Made by a program: the position numbers and the translations under genes. The notes beneath the pieces are model-generated. The model saw nothing but the letters and a program-made list of their open reading frames with translations. It was not told the origin of the DNA and did no database searches. From the UHGV virus genome UHGV-0375243: 38,331 nucleotides of DNA; one strand, 5' to 3'. This DNA is from a virus. This document shows, in pieces, positions 11,354 through 20,668 of this stretch; within the stretch, counting starts at the first letter, position 1; every line of letters begins with the position of its first letter.

Positions 11354-11958
11354 TATGACAACCTCGCTTGTGTGAATTCATCCATATAATCAGTTGGCTC
11401 TGCTGACTCACTTAATGAATGTGCTGCTGCGCTTTTAATAACACCTTGGTAAATTTGTAGTGCTTCACCACCAATACCCGCATTTGATGCCAATGGACGA
11501 GCCAATTCAGCAGCTAAACGCCATGCAAGCGCATCTTTAAATAACGCATCAAACATATTGACGTCAGTAATACGTGCAACATACTCAAGCCATGCACTAG
11601 GATGATCAGTAAAAATTAATCGACCTGTACCGTTTTCATCTGAACCAACATGAAAATGGATTGCTGTATCTGGTCTACGGTACTTTTGATGATGTTCGAC
11701 AATACCAATGGCTTTTAGGCAATCATTAGGATAACGATAGGCATACGCCCAATTAGGTGGGGGATTATTTGTATTGGCTAATGCCACCTTTTTAGTCGCA
11801 AAGTTCCAAGGAAAATCGGCAAGCACACTATCACGGCATTGCGCATAATGAAGGTTACATTGAACGGCTTCTTTGCTGGCTTCAGTCATGCTATTAATTG
11901 AACGACTATTACCAATGCGACTTAATGCAATATTGCAAATTTCAATTTCTGAGGCCAT
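11353..11958 (-). CDS. Tail tubular protein A (T7 gp11-like)
   Basis: A 201 aa protein whose N-terminus (EICNIALSRIG) resembles that of gp11. It is coupled to the gp12-like gene. Confidence 0.45.
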   Translation of the reverse strand: MASEIEICNIALSRIGNSRSINSMTEASKEAVQCNLHYAQCRDSVLADFPWNFATKKVALANTNNPPPNWAYAYRYPNDCLKAIGIVEHHQKYRRPDTAIHFHVGSDENGTGRLIFTDHPSAWLEYVARITDVNMFDALFKDALAWRLAAELARPLASNAGIGGEALQIYQGVIKSAAAHSLSESAEPTDYMDEFTQARLS

Positions 11959-12269
11959 TACTCACCCCCATCAAAAAGAACATCTGCCGTTGATTTTGTG
12001 TCGCCTGCACCTAGAGCCAGATCGGTTATTTGTAACTCTACATATACTGACTTCTTACCTTCACGTTCATTAATGGATTTAGACAGTATTTTGGCAACAG
12101 CAGACAGCTCAATACTTTCACCAACATCAGGAATAGAAACACCTAATTTTTCTATTGTGTCGTTTTCAAGTGAAATACGTAGCCCGTATGGATATTCTTC
12201 ACGAGTTTCTTTTTCACCTTTGGCATTTTCATACGTTTCTGTGCTGGTTTTTAGATTGATTAGTTTCAT
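11958..12269 (-). CDS. Hypothetical structural protein
   Basis: A 103 aa ORF coupled to the downstream tail-tube gene. It is the first gene after the internal terminator. Confidence 0.3.
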   Translation of the reverse strand: MKLINLKTSTETYENAKGEKETREEYPYGLRISLENDTIEKLGVSIPDVGESIELSAVAKILSKSINEREGKKSVYVELQITDLALGAGDTKSTADVLFDGGE

Positions 12270-12290
12270 TGGATATCTCTCGGCTCAGGT

Positions 12291-12320
12291 AGAAAATAAA
12301 AAAGGGGCTTTCGCCCCCTT
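12291..12320 (-). terminator. Intrinsic terminator inside the structural module
   Basis: On the minus-strand RNA, the stem GGGGGC-GAAA-GCCCC is followed by UUUUUUAUUUU. Confidence 0.7.
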
Positions 12321-12332
12321 TATCATCGGGGG

Positions 12333-12674
12333 TTAAACCCCAAGTTCTTTCCGCTTTTCATCTATTGCGGTGCGCATTTTATCTGCGCCCATATTGTGAT
12401 GAGGTGCTTTACCAAATAGCTGGGTATATTGCTCACGAAGCGCATCAAGGCTTGAATCAATTGCCACACCTGAACCGCTAACAGCAATATTACTTATTCC
12501 TTCACCAGTATTATCACCAGCTCCATCAGCCACACTATGAGTATTAAGTCGAGCATCAGCGCCACCAATTAACGCTAAGTTATCACCAGCTATACCGTCG
12601 TACTCAACCTCTTCACCGATTTCAAGTAGACGCCCAGCGATAAATGATTTTTTTAAAACCTTATATCGTGACAT
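12333..12674 (-). CDS. Hypothetical protein
   Basis: A 113 aa ORF with an RBS and no overlap with neighbouring genes. Confidence 0.3.
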   Translation of the reverse strand: MSRYKVLKKSFIAGRLLEIGEEVEYDGIAGDNLALIGGADARLNTHSVADGAGDNTGEGISNIAVSGSGVAIDSSLDALREQYTQLFGKAPHHNMGADKMRTAIDEKRKELGV

Positions 12675-12682
12675 GTCACACC

Positions 12683-13114
12683 TTATTGAGTTACAGCATC
12701 GTAAATAGGATGAGCATCAACAGTTAGGTTAATGCCCGCAGTGAACTTACCCGCCGTTAATGGACCTTCTGCAACAACATATTGCAGGCGCAGGTACTTC
12801 AGAACGCCTTGAGGTACTTTCGCCACAATACGTTTACCTGCATTTAAATCAGCAATTGGCATTGCCACAGATTCAAAGATAGATTTAGCATCAGAGAATT
12901 TATCATCTGTCGCGGTTTCTAACTTAATTTGAATAGTCGCTTCACCTGCTGCTTTAGCCTGTTCAGTCACTTGTGCAAACAGCTCTAATGGCTCACCAAT
13001 ACCGATATCACGAAATGCACCATGCACTGGCGTTAAGTCGATAATTTGCTTACTTACAGCAGATGCAGTAACCGCCTGATCCAGTGAAAAAAGCGTTTCT
13101 TTATCTAAAATCAT
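12683..13114 (-). CDS. Hypothetical head-associated protein
   Basis: The start was moved to the internal Met at 13114, which has GGAG 8 nt upstream. The longer ORF given in the track overlaps the capsid gene stop. Confidence 0.3.
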   Translation of the reverse strand: MILDKETLFSLDQAVTASAVSKQIIDLTPVHGAFRDIGIGEPLELFAQVTEQAKAAGEATIQIKLETATDDKFSDAKSIFESVAMPIADLNAGKRIVAKVPQGVLKYLRLQYVVAEGPLTAGKFTAGINLTVDAHPIYDAVTQ

Positions 13115-13172
13115 TTTGACTATCTCCAAATAAATGAAAGTTAGCGGAGCCGTTAAACGACACCGCAATAAC

Positions 13173-14153
13173 TTATTTCACCTGATCTTCAGTCGTTAAG
13201 ATGGCATCAACACGGCGAACAGGAATTTCATCGAATGAAACAACTTTCTTACCGGCAACTTCTGCCATGGAAATATTGACGTTTTTGCTGTTTTTAATTT
13301 GACGACGCATCCAGCTACGAATTTGCTGGTTACAATAAAAAACAGGACGCCCCATAGAGAGGTTAGGGATCTTCTCAATTGCTTGAATAAACAAGTCTGG
13401 CAAATCGAGTGTGTCCGCTTTTTCTGGATCTTTACCAATTTTGGATAAATCAATATTGGCGATACGGACAACATAACGCCAGTCACGAACTGAGATACCA
13501 TTTTTCCATTGGAAGTGAGTACGAAAGCCTTGGTATTTACCTTTGTTCTCATCTTCTAAAGTAACTTCACCTAAATGGTTTTGCTCTAAACCTGCTTTAG
13601 AACCTTTAGGGAAAATACCGTGAACCGTGTTTTCTCCCCATACCACTAACCACACAGAAGTTAAGTTACTGCCAGTACCACCAGCATCAATGATGTTGAC
13701 TGCATTCTTTGCTTTCATATCGTTAAAGCGTGCAGCTAAGCCCGTAAAGCGCTGAGGATGAACCGTCGCATCACCATAAATAACCGTTTCCGCCATTTGC
13801 TGGTTCATTGACTCTAAGAACGCAATTGATTCAGACAATAGAAATTCATTCTTTTGCCCGTTCAAGTTAGCAAGATCTTTATCAACCTCAGAATAGGTTT
13901 CAAGCATACCAATCGCATCAGTAACCTGTGCTGTGGTTGATTTGCTTGGTGGTACACCATAGTTAAGCAAGCGCCATGTTGCAGATGGTAAACCGGTACG
14001 AACGGTTGTACGGTGACCCGTTGGTAAGTTACCTTCAACGAAAACCATATCATCAAGAATTTCATTAGACTGATTCAGCAATTCGACGATCTTCGCTTGC
14101 TTGCTGTCAGGGCCTTGTCGTTTAGCCCAATCAACGAGAGTTAAAGCAGGCAT
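13173..14153 (-). CDS. Major capsid protein
   Basis: A 326 aa protein placed after the scaffold gene. It carries an FYC-like motif and has the overall character of T7 gp10-like capsid proteins. Confidence 0.55.
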   Translation of the reverse strand: MPALTLVDWAKRQGPDSKQAKIVELLNQSNEILDDMVFVEGNLPTGHRTTVRTGLPSATWRLLNYGVPPSKSTTAQVTDAIGMLETYSEVDKDLANLNGQKNEFLLSESIAFLESMNQQMAETVIYGDATVHPQRFTGLAARFNDMKAKNAVNIIDAGGTGSNLTSVWLVVWGENTVHGIFPKGSKAGLEQNHLGEVTLEDENKGKYQGFRTHFQWKNGISVRDWRYVVRIANIDLSKIGKDPEKADTLDLPDLFIQAIEKIPNLSMGRPVFYCNQQIRSWMRRQIKNSKNVNISMAEVAGKKVVSFDEIPVRRVDAILTTEDQVK

Positions 14154-14845
14154 GTTATTTCCTCTTTGTTTCCAAATAAAACATCAGCAGCACTTTTACT
14201 GCCGTTACTGTTGCCAGTGACAAGACCGTCCTCTGACATTGCTTTGCCTATCTTGGCAAAAGCCCTAATAATCTCTGGGTGATTACCTAACCCTGTTTCT
14301 GTTAAATACAATTTCAAATCATCAGAACCATAGGTATCTAATGCCTTTTGTGCTGCACCAATAGACTCATTTGATCCTAATTCTTCATCTGCTTTAACAG
14401 TTTCAGCCCATTGCTCAGTCTGCTTTTGCCAACCATCATTGATTTGTTTCTGAATAGCAGGCATGATTTTAGAGCCATAAACATCAACCAGTTTTTGCGC
14501 TTGTTCGTTGTTTAAATTCAGCTCACGAGCAATCGGCTCAAAGACTTCTAATGCACCTTTATCAAGCTCTTGCCCTTCTTCTGGTGCTTTAAATTCATAC
14601 TTTTCAGGCGCACCTACATCTGATTTATTGGCATCATTTTTCTTATCAGCCGGCTTGCCCTGCTCTCCACCATTCTCTTTTTCAGTGCTTTTAGTAGGAT
14701 CATCACTATTTGCTGGTGGCTCATTTTTATCTGTTGCTGATGTTTCTTGAGTAGGTTCCGTTGCTGTACCGCCACCGCCTTCACCTCCCTCGCTGTGTTG
14801 CTCGTTATACAAACGACGCATAATTAATTTCTGCCATAAGTTCAT
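14141..14845 (-). CDS. Scaffolding protein
   Basis: A 234 aa acidic, low-complexity protein with a Gly-rich N-terminus, placed between the portal and capsid genes. Confidence 0.45.
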   Translation of the reverse strand: MNLWQKLIMRRLYNEQHSEGGEGGGGTATEPTQETSATDKNEPPANSDDPTKSTEKENGGEQGKPADKKNDANKSDVGAPEKYEFKAPEEGQELDKGALEVFEPIARELNLNNEQAQKLVDVYGSKIMPAIQKQINDGWQKQTEQWAETVKADEELGSNESIGAAQKALDTYGSDDLKLYLTETGLGNHPEIIRAFAKIGKAMSEDGLVTGNSNGSKSAADVLFGNKEEITCLL

Positions 14846-14862
14846 GACTGTTTCTCCCCTTG

Positions 14863-15177
14863 TTAAACGCTTGGTGTAGTTGCTTCATTTGCCATTTGCG
14901 CATAAAGCTCAGGGCAAACTTGGTGTAATTGATTGAAAACTTTTAACCCATAGTTACGTTCTCCCTCTCTAAATGCCATTGCATAGGGATCATTAGAAAA
15001 AGAGCTACGAAATACGCCAGAGTCAGAAATCAAACGCCAAATAACAGCACGCCCAGCTTCTGTGGACATAACATCTTTTAGCTGTTGTTCCTCTTTCTCT
15101 TGCCTATTTTTTTGTTGAATATCGTATTCAGTGCGAGCAATTCTCTCGTCTTCATACGCATCGAATGGATGTGTCAT
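14863..15177 (-). CDS. Hypothetical protein
   Basis: A 104 aa ORF between the portal and scaffold genes. Confidence 0.3.
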   Translation of the reverse strand: MTHPFDAYEDERIARTEYDIQQKNRQEKEEQQLKDVMSTEAGRAVIWRLISDSGVFRSSFSNDPYAMAFREGERNYGLKVFNQLHQVCPELYAQMANEATTPSV

Positions 15178-16844
15178 TGAGCACCTCCACCAGCCATAGC
15201 TGACAAGGCACTATCATTATCAATATTGGTATCACTGAGGGTTTTAGCACCATCAATAGCGGACTGCGCCATTTGCATCTGAGCCATTTGTTGTTGCTGT
15301 GCTTGTCGTTGTTGACGTATGGCTTGTACTTGCTCATTGGTTGCAACGATAGTTGGAGAGACACCAATAGCAGACGCATAATTATCAATGGCATCATCAG
15401 CATTAAGCTTATCAAGGGCTTCAGGCTTAACTTTTGCCAGATTGCCAACAAAGCCAGCAAAGCGTTCGATACTGCCAACACCAATCGCTTTCTGTGCCTG
15501 AGCCATTACAGAAATGTACTCAACCTTTAGATCCATTCCCTGCATTTCATCAGGCGCAATAGGTAGTAAATTTTTGTTTACCAAGATTGAGAAAGTGCGA
15601 TTAATCAGTTTGTCGAGTAATTCAGAATCAAGACGTTGCAGAACAGGCCCTAATTGCAATAGCTTCTCTTCTCGCATCTCAACAACGGCTTCAATCGGCA
15701 TAGAGCGCGTATTCACCATTTGCATCATGCGGAATAAATCGACAAAGTAAGCTGTATCAATCAGTTGACGGGTATCTTGAACATCTTCAAGTAGTGCTTT
15801 CAATGCTACGGGTTGAACATCAAAAATCGTTTGAATTTTATTAGTAGGATTTACCTCATCAAGATAGTTAATGCCTCCGGGTATGGTATTTACCCGTTGG
15901 TTTTTTAATGAGGCTGGCACTTGTAAAGGTGGATTGGTCAGCTTATCAATCATCTGCGCTTTACGTTTCTGCATTAATTGAAGTGCTTTAGTACCACCTA
16001 ACGCCAACATACCAGGGCAAGATGAACCGTAAACATCTTCACCATTGACTTCCCAACGTGGCGCCATGATAGGAAATTCATCATAGCCAGACTCACGTAA
16101 CACTTTCTCGTGATCACCCGCCACTTCAAGATAAACGGATTTAAAAGGCTTGTGCTTCGCCTCTAACTTTCCTGTTTGTCGTTCAAGGTTTGGATATACG
16201 GCATGAACCACTTCAACCCATTGGCTGTACTGGCTTGAATTCCACATTGATTTAACAGTGTCGCTAACGCTATCAATCCCGAACTCCATTACCAACTGGC
16301 GAACGGTCATCGTAAATTTGCGATAGCAAACATCAACACTCAGGCTTGGGCTATTCGCAATGTAGTAACTGCCAAGAGGGAAATGAACGGTACGGATAAT
16401 ACGCTGGCTATCTTCAACAACTGCCATTGCTGCAGTGCCAAAGGTACCTAAATCCCCATACATCAACGGTAATGACTGATAGAGATTAGAACGATTGAAC
16501 ACTTCGTTCATGCGTTGTTCTGTGGTTTCTAGCCAAAGTTTTACAGGGCCATAATCCATTAAATCAGGATCAGGTGTCGCTAAACGAAACCAAGGACGAG
16601 CAGGACTTGTAATGCCTGACATCATGCCACTTGAAAGCACCGATGAAGCTAAAGACGCCGTAGGGTCAATGATCTTACTATTACGGCGATCACCTCGATT
16701 AACCTCAGATGCAGTAAAGCGCGTACTACGAGGACGAGTGAAATCTGACAATTCACGCCAATGCGGTTCAAATGAGCTACGCTCTGTTTCCAACTGATTA
16801 AGTTGTTGCAGTAGCTGTTGTTTCAATGGCGTTGACATAGTCAC
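15174..16844 (-). CDS. Portal or head-to-tail connector protein (T7 gp8-like)
   Basis: A 556 aa protein. Its Gln/Met/Ala-rich C-terminal tail (QRQAQQQQMAQMQMAQSAIDGAK) resembles the gp8 C-terminus, and it sits directly after TerL. Confidence 0.6.
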   Translation of the reverse strand: MTMSTPLKQQLLQQLNQLETERSSFEPHWRELSDFTRPRSTRFTASEVNRGDRRNSKIIDPTASLASSVLSSGMMSGITSPARPWFRLATPDPDLMDYGPVKLWLETTEQRMNEVFNRSNLYQSLPLMYGDLGTFGTAAMAVVEDSQRIIRTVHFPLGSYYIANSPSLSVDVCYRKFTMTVRQLVMEFGIDSVSDTVKSMWNSSQYSQWVEVVHAVYPNLERQTGKLEAKHKPFKSVYLEVAGDHEKVLRESGYDEFPIMAPRWEVNGEDVYGSSCPGMLALGGTKALQLMQKRKAQMIDKLTNPPLQVPASLKNQRVNTIPGGINYLDEVNPTNKIQTIFDVQPVALKALLEDVQDTRQLIDTAYFVDLFRMMQMVNTRSMPIEAVVEMREEKLLQLGPVLQRLDSELLDKLINRTFSILVNKNLLPIAPDEMQGMDLKVEYISVMAQAQKAIGVGSIERFAGFVGNLAKVKPEALDKLNADDAIDNYASAIGVSPTIVATNEQVQAIRQQRQAQQQQMAQMQMAQSAIDGAKTLSDTNIDNDSALSAMAGGGAQ

Positions 16845-16847
16845 CCC

Positions 16848-17057
16848 TTATTGACCAAGTAAGGTTTTACCGCTGGTGGATGCTGAACTTGTCGCACCCT
16901 GTGCACCTGTTAGTAACGTAGACTTACGACCTGCGGCTGCACGGCGACGACGCATTTCATCATCACGACTACCCGTTACTGCCGCATCTTGTTCTTGAGG
17001 TGCTGCCTGAACTGGTGGAGGAGTAGTAATTTTTGGAGTTGAGCCTAATCCGCACAT
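16848..17057 (-). CDS. Small hypothetical protein
   Basis: A 69 aa ORF rich in Pro, Ala and Arg, immediately upstream of the portal gene. Confidence 0.2.
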   Translation of the reverse strand: MCGLGSTPKITTPPPVQAAPQEQDAAVTGSRDDEMRRRRAAAGRKSTLLTGAQGATSSASTSGKTLLGQ

Positions 17058-17218
17058 AATTCACCCATAGATTAAATTAACCAACATTGCATATTAAATT
17101 AATAATACATGTTATTTGACAATATTGAAAACTATAACTACCATTTTGGTTATGCAATGCCACTGCATTTTTTCTCGGTATTGTTACCACAACAGCGTGC
17201 TTTACCTTAGGATTGTTT

Positions 17219-17244
17219 GCCCTCTACTCAAGAGGGCTTTTTTT
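17219..17244 (+). terminator. Plus-oriented intrinsic-terminator-like hairpin between terL and the portal gene
   Basis: The hairpin GCCCTCT-ACTCA-AGAGGGC is followed by TTTTTTT, which is canonical only on the plus strand. It overlaps the terL stop codon. Confidence 0.5.
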
Positions 17245-18727
17245 ATGCGAATGGATCGTAATCTGAATTGCTGACATTAACGCCAGAATGAAGTGAAGAG
17301 TAATTTCTATCTATTTTGGTGACTGGATAGGCGAATGTCAGTGCGAGCGCATCACCTTTACCCGGTGAACGACCAAGACGTTTTTTAATTTCTGTTTTAT
17401 CTTCTAGTACAATCTTGCTATCGATAACACGAACTTTGTATTCACCACATGACAAATCATCTGCGGTTTCCTGATCATCAATAGCCCCGCCAATTTTAAG
17501 CCATGTCTTAACGCTGTTATACATCTCACCACGTTTGTTTAGCATTTGTGGATCTGTTGATGCACCACCAAACTTAACTAAACGCCACACGCGCCCCCAA
17601 CTTGTTCCAATAGAGTGAATACCGGTACCGTAACCAAAATCGATATGCACAGCGTCAGCCTTGTATTGATCTTCAAAGTCAGCAATGCGCTTTGCCATAA
17701 CAACATCGTCAGTTGTTTTAAAGCCCGTCCACAAACATTTACTAAATAAACCTTGGCGCAGATAAATCACCGCATCATCAGCACCGGAGTATGCAGGGTC
17801 AACACCAATAATTACGGGAGCATGAGCAACCTCTGCCTGTGTGACAATGCGCTTCATGGCTTCATCCGTCAAACCTGTTGGAATAAACTGCAACTCTGAT
17901 GCTGACGGGAACACACCACGAACACGGACTTTAAAGAAGTCACTATCTTCGCCGTAGTCCTCTTCCCAGTTTTTAATCTGCTCTTTGTTGCTACCTTCAA
18001 CGGTACGGCTATCAATCTGCTTAGTATTCCAACGATGTTTAAACTTACGAAAGCACTCACGAAAACGCCCTGTGTTACGGGTTGGGTTACCAAATGCAAT
18101 CCAAATGATTTCGGTACCTTCATCCGTTAACGCCCCTTCTGCAACTTCCCATACCAGATCGGCAATATTAGACGCTTCATCAAACACGAGGATGATACGC
18201 TTGCCTTTATTGTGAAGCCCTGCGAATGCCTCTGTATTGTTCTCTGACCACGGTACCGCATCAGCACGCCAAGCATTAGCATGATTAGGATCGTTTGAGT
18301 AGATAGCTGTCTTAGTGCAAGTAAACCAATTATTAGTTAGTGATAGGCGTTGCCACTTCGCTATTTCTGGCCACGTTTTAGTACGTAGCTGATTTTCGGT
18401 GTTAGCAGTGACGACTACCTTACAATCTTCGCAGGTATCCATACCCCACTTGATGATCATTGAAATAAATGCAGATTTACCGATACCGTGACCAGAAGCA
18501 CGAGCAAGTAACAATGGCTGGTGGCGTGTCTTTGGATTGCGTAGATGTTCACCGATTTCATTTAATGCTTCGGCTTGCCACTGACGAGGACCATTGTATT
18601 CTTCAAGTTCTCCACCAGCTTCACCCCACGGAAATGCGTAATACGCATAGCCTAATGGATCATGCGTAAATGATGCGATATCTTCAATGAGTTGTTCTTC
18701 TGGTGACTTCTGTAAAGCTTCTGACAT
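17243..18727 (-). CDS. terL: Terminase large subunit
   Basis: A Walker A motif (ASGHGIGKSAF) is present, the protein is 494 aa, and it is coupled to the upstream TerS gene. Confidence 0.75.
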   Translation of the reverse strand: MSEALQKSPEEQLIEDIASFTHDPLGYAYYAFPWGEAGGELEEYNGPRQWQAEALNEIGEHLRNPKTRHQPLLLARASGHGIGKSAFISMIIKWGMDTCEDCKVVVTANTENQLRTKTWPEIAKWQRLSLTNNWFTCTKTAIYSNDPNHANAWRADAVPWSENNTEAFAGLHNKGKRIILVFDEASNIADLVWEVAEGALTDEGTEIIWIAFGNPTRNTGRFRECFRKFKHRWNTKQIDSRTVEGSNKEQIKNWEEDYGEDSDFFKVRVRGVFPSASELQFIPTGLTDEAMKRIVTQAEVAHAPVIIGVDPAYSGADDAVIYLRQGLFSKCLWTGFKTTDDVVMAKRIADFEDQYKADAVHIDFGYGTGIHSIGTSWGRVWRLVKFGGASTDPQMLNKRGEMYNSVKTWLKIGGAIDDQETADDLSCGEYKVRVIDSKIVLEDKTEIKKRLGRSPGKGDALALTFAYPVTKIDRNYSSLHSGVNVSNSDYDPFA

Positions 18728-19299
18728 TACTCAATGCTCCCTTGCTGAGCACGTTTACGAGCAGATGCCAACTTATCAGCCAATGATACATTTACATCGA
18801 CCTGTACCCTGTCTCTAAAGGCATTGATATCAACATGCTTACCAATCAGCTCAAGTACCTTAATTTTATCCAGTAACTTTACTTTTTTAATACGTGTATC
18901 ACCGTCAATATCAATGATATCGAAAGCAGCAACACTTTTACGCCAAATAGGTGACCATTCAGATATTGGTTTAATATCGCCTTTCTCATTAAGAATATCG
19001 GCAATATCTGCATCAAGCATATCAACCAAGCGTTTGAGTACATTGTCAGCACTCATCTTGGTTCGCTTATTGCGCTGTTGCATAAGTTGTGCGATACGCT
19101 CTTGAATACGGGGATCAGCCATTAGCTGTGATGCGCGCTTGCAAGCACTGCCAGATGCATATCCAGCAGAGATTGCAGCATCAGTTTGATTATCGGGGGA
19201 TTTGATATATTCCTGACAGAAACGTTCCATCTTGTCGTTGATAGGCGTTGGCTGTCGTGCAGGTTTCTTTCTTGGTCTTTTGATAGTCATAATCATCAC
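18727..19299 (-). CDS. terS: Terminase small subunit
   Basis: The N-terminal HTH motif (ERFCQEY...AAISAGYA) is typical of the Terminase_2 family. The gene lies immediately upstream of terL. Confidence 0.65.
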   Translation of the reverse strand: MMIMTIKRPRKKPARQPTPINDKMERFCQEYIKSPDNQTDAAISAGYASGSACKRASQLMADPRIQERIAQLMQQRNKRTKMSADNVLKRLVDMLDADIADILNEKGDIKPISEWSPIWRKSVAAFDIIDIDGDTRIKKVKLLDKIKVLELIGKHVDINAFRDRVQVDVNVSLADKLASARKRAQQGSIE

Positions 19300-19364
19300 C
19301 TCTTTGGTTATTATGGCTATTCAAAATATAACATTCAAATTTTATAAGCATTACCTAAACTTAT

Positions 19365-19390
19365 TTGGTTGACAAAATCGCGTCAACCAA
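19365..19390. promoter_or_regulatory. Perfect palindrome TTGGTTGAC-N8-GTCAACCAA upstream of the late operon
   Basis: The two 9-bp arms are exact reverse complements. A third copy, GTCAACCAA, lies at 19413..19421. Confidence 0.5.
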
Positions 19391-19394
19391 ATTT

Positions 19395-19754
19395 CTATTT
19401 TGCTATCGTTTTGTCAACCAAGTTAAGCTGTAATTCGCGATATCCATAAGTTACCCAACATTTAGCATCACCAGATAAACAGCATTGCTGAACGGGTAAC
19501 TGCTCACCACAACGCTCACACTTACGCTTAGATAGTTCCTCAGCTTGTCGCTTATACTCCGCATCATCTTTACGAATAAGCATCTGCAAGTATTCAACAT
19601 TATCATACGGTTCACGACCAGGCATACGTAGAACACAATTACGCTGTAACATCTCCAGCTCTTGATTATCCACCAGCAATTCAATCTTTGTTACACCAAG
19701 TTCCTTTTGGCGCTTACGTTGTAGTGCCTTACGTTCAGCAGGTGATTTAGCCAT
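19395..19754 (-). CDS. Cys-rich putative regulator (candidate late-gene activator)
   Basis: A 119 aa protein with a CERCGEQ...QQCCLSGDAKC metal-binding-like cluster. It is the last early gene before the terminase operon. Confidence 0.3.
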   Translation of the reverse strand: MAKSPAERKALQRKRQKELGVTKIELLVDNQELEMLQRNCVLRMPGREPYDNVEYLQMLIRKDDAEYKRQAEELSKRKCERCGEQLPVQQCCLSGDAKCWVTYGYRELQLNLVDKTIAK

Positions 19755-20056
19755 TAGACTAATTCCTCTATCAAATTGCTTTGAAAGATGCTTTCACCAT
19801 CATCAAGCAACATTAATTCACTTTCAGAAAAAACACTAACACCACTGAATTGCCCATCTAAATAAACAGATACATCACCACTAACTAGCCACTGGTATGT
19901 TTTGGTTGCATTATCACATCGATATTCATTGCCATCTGGCGCTTTAAAATATTCTCCATCATACAATCTTCTGATTAGTGTTACGCATTTACCTATTTCT
20001 GATGGATTCAGTGAAAATATTACTAAAGCTAGCTTTCCAGCCTTATATTTAGCCAT
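19754..20056 (-). CDS. Hypothetical protein
   Basis: A 100 aa ORF, coupled to its neighbours. Confidence 0.3.
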   Translation of the reverse strand: MAKYKAGKLALVIFSLNPSEIGKCVTLIRRLYDGEYFKAPDGNEYRCDNATKTYQWLVSGDVSVYLDGQFSGVSVFSESELMLLDDGESIFQSNLIEELV

Positions 20057-20411
20057 TTAATAGCTCCTTTGGCACATCGACTTCACCACCTAACACCACA
20101 GCAATAGTAGCGCGACAAATTGCCTCTTGAGGTGTATCACCATCGTAATAATCATCTTGTAAGTAATTGCAGATAGCAGACCATGCAATTTGATAATGTC
20201 CGAAATCGTTACTCAACATCTCATTGATAAGTTCGATAGCGTAAGTCTCAATAAACTCACCACACTTTAACCAGTCACTAGATGGGCTATATACGCAGTT
20301 ATTAGCATCAACAATAAACTCTTTGCCAATACGAACATCAACACCAACGGCTTTACCTACCGCAAAATCAAGCGCTAATCCTTTTAGTTTTGAGGTTTTA
20401 ATTTTCATCAT
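20049..20411 (-). CDS. DUF2591-like phage protein
   Basis: The N-terminus (KTSKLKGLALDFAVGKAVG) resembles the DUF2591 signature. Confidence 0.35.
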   Translation of the reverse strand: MMKIKTSKLKGLALDFAVGKAVGVDVRIGKEFIVDANNCVYSPSSDWLKCGEFIETYAIELINEMLSNDFGHYQIAWSAICNYLQDDYYDGDTPQEAICRATIAVVLGGEVDVPKELLNG

Positions 20412-20668
20412 TCACCTTCTGGCATTGGTGGGAGTGGCAGATCGCCCCAGTAGATAACGTCTGAATAATCAAACCACTGTGATATTTTTATGCTGTAAAA
20501 ACCGCATCCTTCATCAATCCTCCATCCGGCGTGAGTTTCACCGCCTGCATAGAACAAAATTAGCTTACCCCTCTCTGGATATTTCTCACTCACCTTAACC
20601 CAATTAGTTCCCTGCATTAGATGCCTCCTGTTAGAATTTTTTCCCGCCCTTCTTGATACGGTTTTCAC
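20408..20668 (-). CDS. DUF551-like protein
   Basis: A WVKVSEKYPERGKLILFY motif is typical of DUF551 proteins. Confidence 0.4.
   Translation of the reverse strand: MKTVSRRAGKNSNRRHLMQGTNWVKVSEKYPERGKLILFYAGGETHAGWRIDEGCGFYSIKISQWFDYSDVIYWGDLPLPPMPEGE

Noticed and set aside
13196-13552. A 118-aa minus-strand ORF within the capsid gene
   Set aside because: It is an alternative frame of the major capsid gene with no independent signals.
15152-15750. ORFs 15152..15484, 15273..15530 and 15514..15750
   Set aside because: They overlap the portal gene in other frames and give Leu-rich junk translations.
17219-17244. Hairpin as the terminator of terL
   Set aside because: In the minus-strand orientation the stem is followed by AAACAAUCC, not a U-run. 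It is canonical only on the plus strand, so it is reported as a plus-oriented element.
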